Positions 42,505 to 52,634 of a DNA stretch of 64,000 bases are shown piece after piece (the stretch's first letter is position 1; each line of letters begins with the position of its first letter). Both the position numbers and the translations under genes were made by a program. Where the stretch lies: contig CAVQVK010000051.1 in the NCBI GenBank assembly GCA_963717035.1, positions 70,685 through 134,684 on the forward strand. Direction: 5' to 3'. The DNA comes from an uncultured Acidimicrobiaceae bacterium (GTDB lineage: Bacteria > Actinomycetota > Acidimicrobiia > Acidimicrobiales > RAAP-2). Below the pieces are notes generated by a model, which was given only the letters and a program-made list of their open reading frames with translations, was not told the DNA's origin and did no database searches.

Positions 42505-42552
42505 CGATGATTTGTGTTCACTTCTCACCCGGAAACCATTTGAATTGAGAAC

Positions 42553-43710
42553 GTGAACGGGTGTCGGTTGCAGCTTCAGGAGACGGATCAGAGGGAGACG
42601 GATCCAGACGAAACCGTCCCGGAGGAGAGAGCTCGGGAGGAGATCGGTCCGGAGAAGAAAGCCCTGGAGAAAGCTCTGGAGGGCACAGAGCAACTGACCG
42701 TCTGCCACGACCGGGCCAGCGGATTGCGGGCGGTGATCGCCATCGACGATTCGACTCTGGGACCGGGACTCGGAGGGGTGCGCTGGCTCCCCTATCCCGA
42801 TGAGCACGCGGCGGAGACCGAGGCCTGTCGGCTGGCCCGGGTGATGACGCTCAAGAACGCCTGCGCCGACCTCCCCTACGGTGGAGCGAAATCAGTCCTC
42901 TTGCGAGACGACCTGCCCCGCGGAGACGACGATCTCGACGGTGACGCCCGCCGCCACGCGCAGCTGCGGGCCTTCGGGCGGTTCGTGGACCGCCTCGGGG
43001 GTGCCTACATCCCCGGCGTCGACATGGGCACCTCGGTGAAGGACCTGGCCGAGATCGGTATCATCGCCCACCAGGTGTCGTGCGATCACGAGGACCCGTC
43101 GCCCTGGACCGCCCTCGGGGTGTTCGCCGGCATCCGCTCCACCCTGTCGGCCATCGGCGACAATCTGCCCGGCGCCCACGTAGTCGTTCAAGGAACCGGG
43201 CACGTCGGTGCCGACCTCGCCCGGCGGTTGGCCGAGGCGGGTTGCCGGGTGACGGTGACCGACGTAGATCCGGTCCGAGCCCACGCCGTGGCCTGCGAGA
43301 TCGGCGGCCGGGTCGTCGATCCGAAGGACGCGTTGACCACACCGTGTGACGTGCTGGCCCCGTGCGCCATCGCCAAGGTCATCGACCGCTCCACCGTCGA
43401 GAACCTGCAGTGCCGCGTCGTGGCCGGTGGGGCCAACGATGTGCTGGCCACCCGCGACCTGGCTGCGATGTTGGCTCAACGAGGCACCGTCTACGTTCCC
43501 GACTTCGTGATCAATGCCGGCGGTGTCATCCAGATCCACGCCGAGCGCTCGGGGTGGGGACCCGACAAGCTCGAGGAATCGTTGCTCGCCATCGGGGACC
43601 GGGTGGCCAGGATCGTCAGCGAAGCCGACCGGAGCGGGCGGACCCCGGTGGCGGTGGCCGAGGAGATGGCGTCGCAACGGCTGGGGCGCCCGATCGCCCT
43701 GCCCACCTAG
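42553..43710 (+). CDS. Leucine/valine (Glu/Leu/Phe/Val family) dehydrogenase; start uncertain
   Basis: GLRAVIAIDDSTLGPGLGGVRW..Y, K.A...LPYGGAKSV and the Rossmann motif VVQGTGHVG. The acidic ~45-aa N-terminal extension may be non-coding. Confidence 0.8.
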   Translation: MNGCRLQLQETDQRETDPDETVPEERAREEIGPEKKALEKALEGTEQLTVCHDRASGLRAVIAIDDSTLGPGLGGVRWLPYPDEHAAETEACRLARVMTLKNACADLPYGGAKSVLLRDDLPRGDDDLDGDARRHAQLRAFGRFVDRLGGAYIPGVDMGTSVKDLAEIGIIAHQVSCDHEDPSPWTALGVFAGIRSTLSAIGDNLPGAHVVVQGTGHVGADLARRLAEAGCRVTVTDVDPVRAHAVACEIGGRVVDPKDALTTPCDVLAPCAIAKVIDRSTVENLQCRVVAGGANDVLATRDLAAMLAQRGTVYVPDFVINAGGVIQIHAERSGWGPDKLEESLLAIGDRVARIVSEADRSGRTPVAVAEEMASQRLGRPIALPT

Positions 43711-43805
43711 GTCGATGAGGCACGCCCGGCGGCACCAGAGGGTCGCAGCCGACGGGCCTTTAGCCGGCGGGCTCGCAGTCGACCGGTCCTCATCCGACGG
43801 GCCCC

Positions 43806-46800
43806 TTGCCGGCGACGAACGAGACACGGGTCGGCTCCCCGGTGAGCCTCGACGATGTCTACGGCACCGGCGACGGCCGTGCCCTCATGTCGGGCATCCA
43901 GGCGATCGTGCGGCTCGTGCTCGACCAGCGCCGACTCGATCGCGGCCGGGGACTCGACACGGCGGCCTTTGTCAGCGGCTACGAGGGGTCGCCGTTGGCC
44001 GGCCTCGATCTCGAGCTCGGGCGGGCGCGCCGCCGCCTCGACGAGGAGGGCGTGGTGTTCACCCCCGGGCTCAACGAGGAACTGGCCGCCACCGCGGTGG
44101 CCGGCACCCAGTTGCTGGCCGACGTGCCCGGCCACGACCACGACGGGGTGGTGGGCTTCTGGTACGGCAAGAACCCCGGCCTCGACCGGGCCGCCGACGC
44201 CATCCGTCACGGCAACTATTCGGGTACGGCTCCGCTCGGGGGGGCGGTGGCCCTGATCGGCGACGATCCGACCTGCAAATCGTCCACCCTCCCCAGTTCC
44301 TCGGTGTCGATGGCCAGGAGCCTGAGCCTCCCGCTGCTGTCACCCGGCTCGGTGGCCGAGGTGGTGCATCTGGGTCTCCATGCCGTCGCCTTGTCGCGCT
44401 ACTCGGGCCTGTGGGCCGGTCTGCAGATCGTCGCCGACGTGGCCGACGGCGCCGCAGTGGTCGACCTGGGTGCGGCGATCGCCGACATCCCGGTACCCGA
44501 CCTGACGCGGGTCGCCCGCACCCCGCTGCTGGTGGGCCCCCGCGCCCTCGAGGCCGAAGCCGACCTGTTCGATGTCCGGATTCCCCGGGCGCTCGAGTAC
44601 GCCCGGCTGGCATCGCTCAACGCCATCACCATGGACTCGCCCCGGGCCCGCCTCGGCATCGTGGCCTCCGGGTACACCTACAGCACCGTCTTGCGGGCGC
44701 TCGAGGACATGGGACTGGACGCCGCGGACCGCGCCCACCTGGGGCTGCGGCTCATCAGGATCTCCCTGCCGTGGCCGCTCGACGCCGCCGAGCTCCGACG
44801 CTTGACCGCGGGGCTCGACGAGGTGCTGGTGATCGAGGACAAGGCCTCGTTCATCGAGTCCCAGGTCAAAGAGGCCCTCTACGAGCTGAGCAACCGACCC
44901 GTGGTCGTGGGCAAAGTCGATCCCGAAGGACGCGCCCTCGTCCCGGCCAGCGGATCGGTCGACAGCGACACCGTCACCCGGGTCCTGGCCGCACGCCTCC
45001 CCGCCGACCAGCTCCCGGCCGCGGCCAGAGCGCGGCATCGCCGCTCTCACCAGCCGGCAGCGACTGGTGCTGCACCAGGATCGGCCGCCGGCCCGCACAG
45101 CGGCGTTCTGCTCGGGCTGTCCCCACAACATCTCGACCCGGTCGGCGGACGACCAGCTGGTGGGGTTGGGCATCGGGTGCCACATCATGGCCAGCTTCGA
45201 CACCCACGGTCGGGGGCACCAGGTGGGGATGACCCAGATGGGCGGTGAGGGCGCCCAGTGGACGGGAATGGCACCGTTCGCCGGTGGCCAGCACTACGTG
45301 CAGAACATCGGGGACGGGACCTTTTTCCATTCCGGCTCGCTGGCCGTGCGGGCGGCCGTCGCCGCCGGCGTCGACATCACCTACAAGCTTCTCTACAACG
45401 ACGCCGTCGCCATGACCGGTGGCCAACAGCCCGAGGGTCGGGTGGCGGTTCCCGAGCTGACCCGGTTGCTGGCCGACGAAGGGGTCCGCCGGGTGATCAT
45501 CACCACGCCCGATCCGAAGAGCTATCGCGGGGTCTCTCTCGATCCCATCGCCCAGGTCCGCCATCGGGACGAGCTGCAAGACGCGCTGACGAGAGCTGGA
45601 ACAGGTCGGCGGGGTGACTGTGCTTGTCCACGACGACCGCTGTGCGGCGGAGGAACGCCGGCTCCGTCGGCGCGGCCGACTGCCGGAGCCCACCAGCCGG
45701 GTCTGGATCAACCCGAGGGTGTGCGAGGGCTGCGGGGACTGCGGGGAGAAGTCGAGTTGCCTGTCCGTCGTCCCGGTCGAGACCGAGCTCGGGCGCAAGA
45801 CGATGATCCACCAGGGATCGTGCAACGACGACTTGTCGTGCCTGCGCGGGGAGTGCCCGTCCTTCGTGATGGTGACCCCCGACCGGGGAAAGAAGCGCCG
45901 TGCCGGTGCTTCGGCGCCGGTGATCGAGTCGGCAGTCGTGGACCCACCGGTCGACCTGGGTGCGCCCGCGGCAGCGCCGCACACCCGACGACCTGCTCGT
46001 GCGTATGCCGGGCATCGGGGGCACAGGGGTGGTCACCGTGTCGCGCATCGTGCAGATGGCGGCCCACATCGACGGTCTCTATGCCGCGGGCCTCGACCAG
46101 ACCGGCCTGGCCCAAAAGGGCGGCCCGGTCATCTCCGACGTGCGCATCGGCACCCGACCGATCGAAGCCGCGGTCAAGGCCGGTGCTCGCTCGGCCGACC
46201 TGCTGCTCGGGCTCGACCTGCTCGGTGCGGCCAGCGACGAGAGCCTGGCCGTCGCCGATCCGGGACGCACCGTAGCGGTGGTCAACACGGCCGGGGTGGC
46301 CACGGCGGCGATGGTACGGGACCCGTCGATCCCCTTCCCCAAGGACACCGCCCGCATCGACCGGTCCACCCGAGCGTCCGAGAACGTCTACCTCGACGCC
46401 CAGTGGATCTCAGAACGGCTCTTCGGTGACCACCTGCCCACCAACATGGTGATGCTCGGAGCGGCCTACCAACAGGGGTGCCTACCGATCACGGCGGGCG
46501 CCATCGAAGAGGCAATCCGTCTCAACGGGACTGACGCTCCGAAGAACCAGGCCGCGTTTCGCTGGGGACGGGCGGCCGTGATCGATCCTGGCGCCGTCAC
46601 GGCCGCATTGGCTCCGGCCGCGGCGCCGGCGGCGGCTCCGCCGCAATCGCTGCGTCGACTGCTGGACAGCGCCCCTGCCGTGTTGTTCGAAATCCTGGAG
46701 CTGCGCACGGCCGATCTGGCCGGCTACCAGAGCACCGCGTATGCCCGCCGCTACCTCGAGGAGGTGCTCGAGACCGCCCGGATCGAGAGCGAGCGGACGG

Positions 46801-47354
46801 GCGACCAGACCTTCCCGGTGACCACCGCCTTCGCCCGAGGTCTCCACAAGCTCATGGCTTACAAGGACGAGTACGAGGTGGCGCGTCTGCATCTCGACTC
46901 CGTCCAGCAGGCGGCGCTCACCGCCGAGTTCGGCGAGGGAGCGGCTTCCAAGGTGCTGCTCCAGCCGCCCGTGCTCAAGGCCCTGGGGCTCAAGGGCAAG
47001 ATCCACCTGGGCCCCGCGGCCGGTCCGGCCTTCCGGGTGCTGCGGGCCGGTCGACACGTGCGGGGCACCCCCTTTGACCCCTTCGGATGGGCGGAGATGC
47101 GCCGGACCGAGCGGGCGTTGGTCGACGAGTACCGCTCGCTGGTGACCACGTCACTCGAGCAGTTGACCCCGGCGTCAGCCGGTGTCGTGACCGCCATCGC
47201 CGCATTGGCGGAGGAGGTCCGGGGCTACGAGGACGTGAAGCGGCGCAACATCGACCGCTTCCGCGTGCGCGCCATCGAGCTGGTCGGACTGCTCGTCCAG
47301 CGCTCCGGAGACGGGCCGGCCGGCACCTCACACGGTTGGCCGATCGCCGGCTGA
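43806..47354 (+). CDS. Indolepyruvate/2-oxoacid:ferredoxin oxidoreductase family protein, fused alpha-beta type (~1180 aa; 3 frameshifts near 45050, 45600 and 45960)
   Basis: [47 protein letters not shown], 4Fe-4S-type [10 protein letters not shown] and C-terminal ...[10 protein letters not shown]. Confidence 0.8.
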
Positions 47355-47477
47355 TACTCAACCCAAATGGGTTTGTCTCCGGCCGCATCCTACGGATAGC
47401 ACCCATCCACCTGGTAGTTTGCCTGCCCTGGGCACCGGAGAGCTGGCCGAGCGGCTCGCGGCCAAGGGGAGTCGTCA

Positions 47478-48377
47478 GTGGCAGACAACGAGCCGAAGGA
47501 ACCGACCGCCGGGGCCAAGCGCCCGTGGGCCGTCGGGGCCGTCGCACTCATCCTCTTTCTCGGCGTTGCCATCGTTGTTGCCGTGACCATCCCACGAGGC
47601 GGTTCGACCACGCAACGGTCCACCTTCGTGGTGGCGTCGTCACCATCCAGCGCAAAAGATCCCGCCGTTGAGCTCCGGTTGACCGTGGACTCATTGGCGG
47701 CGGCGACCGGCGGTGTCCAGGCCCGATTGCAGGCCGGCCCCGGAGATGCCCTACCTCCGGAGGGGGCGACGGTGTTCAGTTCCATCGGCTCGACACCGTC
47801 GCTCGTCGTGCGCCCGAACCAGATCGACCAGGAGCGCACCGTGTTCCTCTCCTTCGAGCGGGGCGCAGTCTCGGACTACCCGTTCGATTCCTACCGCGTT
47901 TCTGTCGATCTGATCGCCCTGAACGGAATCGACACCAGCCTGACCACGGTCAACCGCAAGGTCTTGCCCCTGAAGATCGAAGGGTCGAGCGTGGCGGCCG
48001 GCACCATCGTGACGGCCAGCACCCACACGGGTTCCGACGGCGTTCTCAGCATCACCTTGACCGTCAGTCGCTCGCTGGTGAGCCGCGGGTGGACCTTGGC
48101 CATGATGGCCATCTATTGGGCGCTGGCCATCCTGGCCGGGTCCATCACCTACATGGTGGTACGGCGTCGACGACCGATGGAGACCCGGCTCCTGGCATGG
48201 TTGAGCGCCATGGTCTTCGCGTTGGTCGCGCTCCGAACGGCGGCGCCGGGGGCACCACCCGTCGGGACCTTTCTCGACTACGACGCATTCTTCGAATCGG
48301 TCGGCATCGTGGCTGCCTCTCTCGTCGTCCTGATGATCTTCTATCTGGTCGACCCGTCGCAGCGCCCGCCACCGTGA
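47478..48377 (+). CDS. Membrane protein of unknown function (possibly DUF4436-like)
   Basis: Intact 299 aa, GTG start. One N-terminal TM segment, a central soluble region with a DYPFDSY motif and 3 C-terminal TM segments. Confidence 0.5.
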   Translation: MADNEPKEPTAGAKRPWAVGAVALILFLGVAIVVAVTIPRGGSTTQRSTFVVASSPSSAKDPAVELRLTVDSLAAATGGVQARLQAGPGDALPPEGATVFSSIGSTPSLVVRPNQIDQERTVFLSFERGAVSDYPFDSYRVSVDLIALNGIDTSLTTVNRKVLPLKIEGSSVAAGTIVTASTHTGSDGVLSITLTVSRSLVSRGWTLAMMAIYWALAILAGSITYMVVRRRRPMETRLLAWLSAMVFALVALRTAAPGAPPVGTFLDYDAFFESVGIVAASLVVLMIFYLVDPSQRPPP

Positions 48378-48446
48378 CACCGACGGCTACCGCTCGGTAG
48401 AACCACCAACGCTCGTCATGCCGCTTAATGATCCAGTCCGCACGAG

Positions 48447-48519
48447 CTCCGGGGGGAGGGCTCGAACCTCCAACATCCGGCTCCAAAGGCCGACGTTCTG
48501 CCGATTGAACTACCCCGGA
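48447..48519 (-). tRNA. tRNA-Gln (anticodon UUG), no encoded CCA
   Basis: Manual cloverleaf on the reverse complement: acceptor TCCGGGG/CCCCGGA; D stem GTTC/GAAC; anticodon stem TCGGC/GCCGG with loop CTTTGGA; variable loop ATGTT; T arm GGAGG-TTCGAGC-CCTCC. Confidence 0.85.
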
Positions 48520-48700
48520 ATGACCCGCCGGCGGCACTGCTGGCGCCCGCGTCAGGACCATAGGCTAGGCGACCGCCCTGCCGTCCTGATCCGGCCGCTG
48601 GCGCCGGCTGCCACGGCACTGCGCCTCCGCCCCGGTAGGCTCCGCCAGCGATGCAACGTACTCCCTCGCAGGTCACCAAGCACATCGCGGTGCTCCTCCG

Positions 48701-49372
48701 ATGAAGATCCTCGTGGTCGACGACGACCCATCGGTCAGCGCCGCGCTCAACCGCGCCCTGCGGCTCGAAGGCTACGAGGTGGCGGTGGCCGGCGACGGTC
48801 CCGCCGCCCTGGAGGAGATCGCCGTCAGGCCACCCGACGCCGTCGTATTGGACATCCAGCTGCCCACGCTCGACGGGCTCGAGGTCTGCCGCCGGATGCG
48901 GGCCGCCGGCGACGACACGCCGGTCCTGATGCTCACGGCCCGGGATGCCATCAACGACCGGGTCCAGGGGCTCGATGCCGGCGCCGACGACTACCTGGTG
49001 AAGCCCTTCGCCCTGGCCGAGCTGCTGGCCCGGCTCCGCGCCTTGCTTCGGCGCCGGCACGACGACGCCGGCGAGATCCTCCGGTTCGGCGATCTCTCGC
49101 TTGACCCGGGGAGCAGGGAGGCTCGGCGGGGCGACCGTGAGTTCACCCTCACCCGCATCGAATTCGATCTCCTCGAGCTCTTGTTGCGCCATCCCCGTCA
49201 GGTCCTCACCCGGGAGGTCATCCTCGACCGGGTGTGGGGCTACTCCTTCGACTCGGGCACCAACTCGTTGGCCGTCTACGTCGGCTACCTGCGCCGAAAG
49301 ACAGAAGAGGGTGGCGAGCCCCGGCTGATCCATACGGCCCGGGGCGTCGGTTACGTCCTTCGCGAGCAGTGA
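48701..49372 (+). CDS. OmpR/PhoB-family response regulator
   Basis: Intact. MKILVVDDD...[10 protein letters not shown]...LTARD...[10 protein letters not shown] plus a winged-helix C-terminus (...ARGVGYVL). Confidence 0.9.
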   Translation: MKILVVDDDPSVSAALNRALRLEGYEVAVAGDGPAALEEIAVRPPDAVVLDIQLPTLDGLEVCRRMRAAGDDTPVLMLTARDAINDRVQGLDAGADDYLVKPFALAELLARLRALLRRRHDDAGEILRFGDLSLDPGSREARRGDREFTLTRIEFDLLELLLRHPRQVLTREVILDRVWGYSFDSGTNSLAVYVGYLRRKTEEGGEPRLIHTARGVGYVLREQ

Positions 49373-50745
49373 CCTTTCGGGCCCGCTTGGTCATGGCGGC
49401 CACCACCGCCGTGGTCATCGCCGTCGTGCTGGCCGCGGTGGCCGCCTACGTGGTGTCCAACAACTCGTTGATCGGCTCCATCGACGACACCTTGACCCAG
49501 CAGGCCCAAGCCCTCGCCAGCCCGAACACCCAGATCACGAACGGATGCACCACCACCTCGGGGCAGTGCATCCAAGTGGTGCCGCCCAACGGCGACACTG
49601 GAACCGGCGCGGTCGTCGTACCGGTGACCCCCTCGGTACTGGCCGTGGCTTCCGGGCAAAGACCGGGGTACTTCAGCAATGTGACCATCCACGGTGTCGA
49701 TGCCCGCGAAATCGTGTACCCGGTACCCAACTTCATCCGCTACACGCTGTCCGACGGTGGGCCAGGCCTCATCGACCGGGGCGCTCTCCAACTGACGGCG
49801 CCACTGACCGGGGTGAACAAGGAGCTGCGGAGCCTCGCTCTCGACCTGTGGGTCATCGCCGCCGTCGGCGTCACCCTGGCTGTCTTGTTGGGGTTGCTCG
49901 TGGGCCGCACCGCGTTGGTGCCGCTGAACAGCCTGACCGAGGCGGTCGAGGAGCTGGCCGAGACGACGGACGTCTCCCAGCGTCTGGATGCAGGCGGCCC
50001 CGACGAGCTGGGTCGGCTCCGGCGGGCCTTCAACCGCCTCCTGGCCGCATTGGACTCCTCCCGGGATGCGCAACGTCAGCTGGTCCTCGACGCCTCCCAT
50101 GAGCTCCGCACGCCGCTCACCAGCCTCAAGACGAACATGGAAGTGGCCCGCCGGCTCAACGAGCTGGCTCCCGAAGAACGCGACGTCCTGATCGGGGACG
50201 TGCTCACCCAACTGGACGAGCTCACCAGCCTGGTCGGCGACCTGTCCGAACTGGCCCGAGGCGAGGTGCCCGCTCTGGCCTCGGGGATCGTCAGCTTGGA
50301 CAGCGTGGTGGCCGACGCGGTCTCGGCGGCCATCACCCACGGGCGCAGCCGCAATGTGACCTTCGCCGCCACCATCCAACCGAGCCTGGTGTCCGGGTCG
50401 AGGAACCGCCTCGAACGGGCCATCGGCAACCTGCTCGACAACGCGCTCAAGTGGAGCCCGGACGGTGGCGTGGTCGAGGTGTCCTGTATCGCCGGGACGG
50501 TCGTCGTGCGCGATCACGGACCAGGGATCAGCGACGACGACCTCGTCCACATCTTCGACCGGTTCTACCGCGCCCCCGCGGCCCGGGGCCGACCGGGATC
50601 GGGGCTGGGCCTGGCCATCGTGGCCCAGGTGGCTCGGGAAGAGGGGGGATCGGTCATTGCCGGTCACGCCCCCGGGGGTGGAGCGATCTTCCGGTTCGCC
50701 CTGCCCGAGCTGCAGGTCACCGACCTCCCGGTGGACACCGACTGA
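49369..50745 (+). CDS. Sensor histidine kinase (HAMP + HisKA + HATPase_c)
   Basis: GTG overlaps the response regulator stop (GTGA). Two TM segments, H-box [11 protein letters not shown]-box [14 protein letters not shown] and GSGLGLAIV. Confidence 0.85.
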   Translation: MTFRARLVMAATTAVVIAVVLAAVAAYVVSNNSLIGSIDDTLTQQAQALASPNTQITNGCTTTSGQCIQVVPPNGDTGTGAVVVPVTPSVLAVASGQRPGYFSNVTIHGVDAREIVYPVPNFIRYTLSDGGPGLIDRGALQLTAPLTGVNKELRSLALDLWVIAAVGVTLAVLLGLLVGRTALVPLNSLTEAVEELAETTDVSQRLDAGGPDELGRLRRAFNRLLAALDSSRDAQRQLVLDASHELRTPLTSLKTNMEVARRLNELAPEERDVLIGDVLTQLDELTSLVGDLSELARGEVPALASGIVSLDSVVADAVSAAITHGRSRNVTFAATIQPSLVSGSRNRLERAIGNLLDNALKWSPDGGVVEVSCIAGTVVVRDHGPGISDDDLVHIFDRFYRAPAARGRPGSGLGLAIVAQVAREEGGSVIAGHAPGGGAIFRFALPELQVTDLPVDTD

Positions 50746-50795
50746 GCACCCTCGCATGGCGCGGTGGCCCATTGGCGGCTAGTCTGCCGCTCGAC

Positions 50796-50897
50796 ATGGG
50801 ATCGTTGATCAAAAAGCGCCGCAAGCGCATGCGCAAGAAGAAGCACAAGAAGATGTTGAAGGCAACACGCTGGCAGCGGCGGGCCGCCGGCAAGTAG
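50796..50897 (+). CDS. 30S ribosomal protein bS22 (Actinobacteria-specific 33-aa microprotein)
   Basis: [33 protein letters not shown]. Same length and pattern as mycobacterial bS22 ([33 protein letters not shown], from memory). Confidence 0.8.
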   Translation: [33 protein letters not shown]

Positions 50898-50975
50898 CGC
50901 CCGGTCGGGGATGCTCGTTCCCTGGCCAATCTTCGATGTAGCCAGCCCTTCGGTGTACTCAGCCCTTTGGTGTGG

Positions 50976-51785
50976 TCAGCGTGGACCGGAGTCCTTCCGA
51001 ATTGTCCTGACCGCCACCAGAGCTCCCTCGGTATCGCCGAGTCTCAAGTAGCGCTGGCCTTCCGTGCCCAATTCCGCCGGGGTCCCCTCGAGGAACCACG
51101 TCGAGCCACTCCCGGCCAACAGGGGCCGAGCGCCGGTGACCTCGGCGAACCGGTCACGCCAGCCAGCCAGGCGAGGTTCGACATCGAGTGCGGCCGCCTC
51201 GAGCTCGTTGGTCCCCGCTCGACCGTGCTCTTTCGATCCGGTCTGCCCAAGCCGGTCCCAGGCGCGATAGACGGCTGCCGTGTTGACGCCGAACGGGGGC
51301 AGAAGCAGGACGAAGCATCGCTCCTCGAATGGCAGGGGCACCACCGATTCGCCGATCCCTCGCACCGAGGCCCGGCCTCCCACCACGCAGAACGGCACAT
51401 CGGCACCTAACCGGGCGGCGACGTCGAGATCGGTGCACCCGGCCCAGCGCAGCACCGCGGCGGCGTCGGAGGAGCCTCCCCCCAGGCCGGCCCCCGGCGG
51501 GATCCGCTTGATCAGCCGGACGTGGGACTGGCGGCCGACGGCCGTCAGTGCCTTGGTCACCAGGTTGTCCGGGCCGATCGGAACGGCTCCCGGTTCGGCG
51601 CCGCCGGGCAGCTCGGTGTGAACCGTCAGTCCGGTGCCCGGCTCGAACACCAGGGTGTCGTGAAGATCGAGCGCCACCATCTCGGCGTCGATGTCGTGGT
51701 AGCCGTCAGGGCGCACGCCGGTGACCCGCAACGACAACGTGAGCTTGGCCGGCGCCGACAGCTCGACTGCCTCCGAGCCGGTCAC
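50976..51785 (-). CDS. ispE: 4-diphosphocytidyl-2-C-methyl-D-erythritol kinase
   Basis: Intact. APAKLTLSL.V.G.R.DGYH and IPPGAGLGGGSSDAAA (GHMP motif). The GTG overlaps the rsmA stop. Confidence 0.88.
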   Translation of the reverse strand: MTGSEAVELSAPAKLTLSLRVTGVRPDGYHDIDAEMVALDLHDTLVFEPGTGLTVHTELPGGAEPGAVPIGPDNLVTKALTAVGRQSHVRLIKRIPPGAGLGGGSSDAAAVLRWAGCTDLDVAARLGADVPFCVVGGRASVRGIGESVVPLPFEERCFVLLLPPFGVNTAAVYRAWDRLGQTGSKEHGRAGTNELEAAALDVEPRLAGWRDRFAEVTGARPLLAGSGSTWFLEGTPAELGTEGQRYLRLGDTEGALVAVRTIRKDSGPR

Positions 51786-52612
51786 GGGCTACTCACGCCA
51801 GCCAGCATCCTCCACTCGTCGAGTGTCAGCTCCTCGGCCCGGGCGGTGGGGGCGATACCCGCCTCGTCGAACGCATCGGGATCCACGAGGTCTGAGAGCG
51901 AACGCCGGAGCATCTTGCGACGGTGGGCGAAGCCCCCCCGCACCACGGCGAACAGGCGATCGTACGAGTCGCTTCCCGGTCCCGCACCGGCACCGGACCG
52001 ACGGACCAGGCGCACGAGGACGGACTCGACCCGGGGCCGGGGCACGAACACCGAGGCGGGCACGCGCCCGACCACCTTGGCCGTGGCCCAGTAGGCGACC
52101 TTCACCGACACCGCTCCATAGGCCTCGTCGCCGGCCCCCGCGGCCAAGCGCTCCCCCACCTCACGCTGCACCATCACCAGGAGGGAGCCGACCTGCGGCG
52201 CCTCCTCCAGCACCCGGATGACCAGGGGCGTGGCCACGTTGTAGGGGAGGTTGGCCACCAGCGCCCACGGCTCGGGCTCCTCGTCCCCGAGCAGCTCGGG
52301 CCAGCTCAGCCGGAGCGCATCGGCCTCGACCACCCGAACCCCTCGGGGCTCTACCTGTTGGCGGAGCACAGGCAGCACGTGCCGGTCGATCTCGACAGCG
52401 GTGACCCGCGCGCCGGCGTCGGCCAGGGCCAGGGTGAGCGAACCCAACCCGGCCCCGATCTCGACGACCGGTTGCCCACTGTGCACCTCGGCCAGCCGGA
52501 CGATGCGGCGCACGGTGTTGGCGTCGGCGACGAAGTTCTGGCCCAGGGCCCGGCTGGGGTGGAGGTCGTTGTCGGCCAGGAGCTGGCTGATGTCTGCCGG
52601 ACCGTGGGTCAC
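51782..52612 (-). CDS. rsmA: 16S rRNA (adenine1518/1519-N6)-dimethyltransferase
   Basis: Intact. LGQNF, VVEIGAGLGSLT and ANLPYNV. Confidence 0.9.
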   Translation of the reverse strand: MTHGPADISQLLADNDLHPSRALGQNFVADANTVRRIVRLAEVHSGQPVVEIGAGLGSLTLALADAGARVTAVEIDRHVLPVLRQQVEPRGVRVVEADALRLSWPELLGDEEPEPWALVANLPYNVATPLVIRVLEEAPQVGSLLVMVQREVGERLAAGAGDEAYGAVSVKVAYWATAKVVGRVPASVFVPRPRVESVLVRLVRRSGAGAGPGSDSYDRLFAVVRGGFAHRRKMLRRSLSDLVDPDAFDEAGIAPTARAEELTLDEWRMLAGVSSP

Positions 52613-52634
52613 CCGGGCGCCCTTACCGAGGCCA

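Noticed and set aside
47425-47480. The string ggagagctggccgagcggctcgcggcc resembles the 5' acceptor and D-arm of a class II tRNA (Ser/Leu).
   Set aside because: No anticodon stem-loop, T-arm (GGTTCGAAT-like) or complementary acceptor 3' strand follows. The region is instead the RBS and start of the membrane-protein gene at 47478.
48387-48400. The hairpin CTACCG-CT-CGGTAG after the membrane-protein gene, as an intrinsic terminator.
   Set aside because: The stem is only 6 bp with a 2-nt loop and has no downstream U-tract, so it is too weak to annotate.
48447-48700. tRNA-Gln as an integration hotspot carrying an adjacent island.
   Set aside because: There is no integrase, no direct repeat of the tRNA 3' end, and the neighbours (a membrane protein and a two-component system) look like ordinary chromosomal genes.
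49351-50772. A 473-aa minus-strand ORF covering the histidine kinase, and a 402-aa plus-strand ORF at 53903-55111 covering metG.
   Set aside because: Both are mirror-strand ORFs of genes with clear catalytic motifs (H-box/N-box; HIGH/KMSKS), and neither has motifs of its own.
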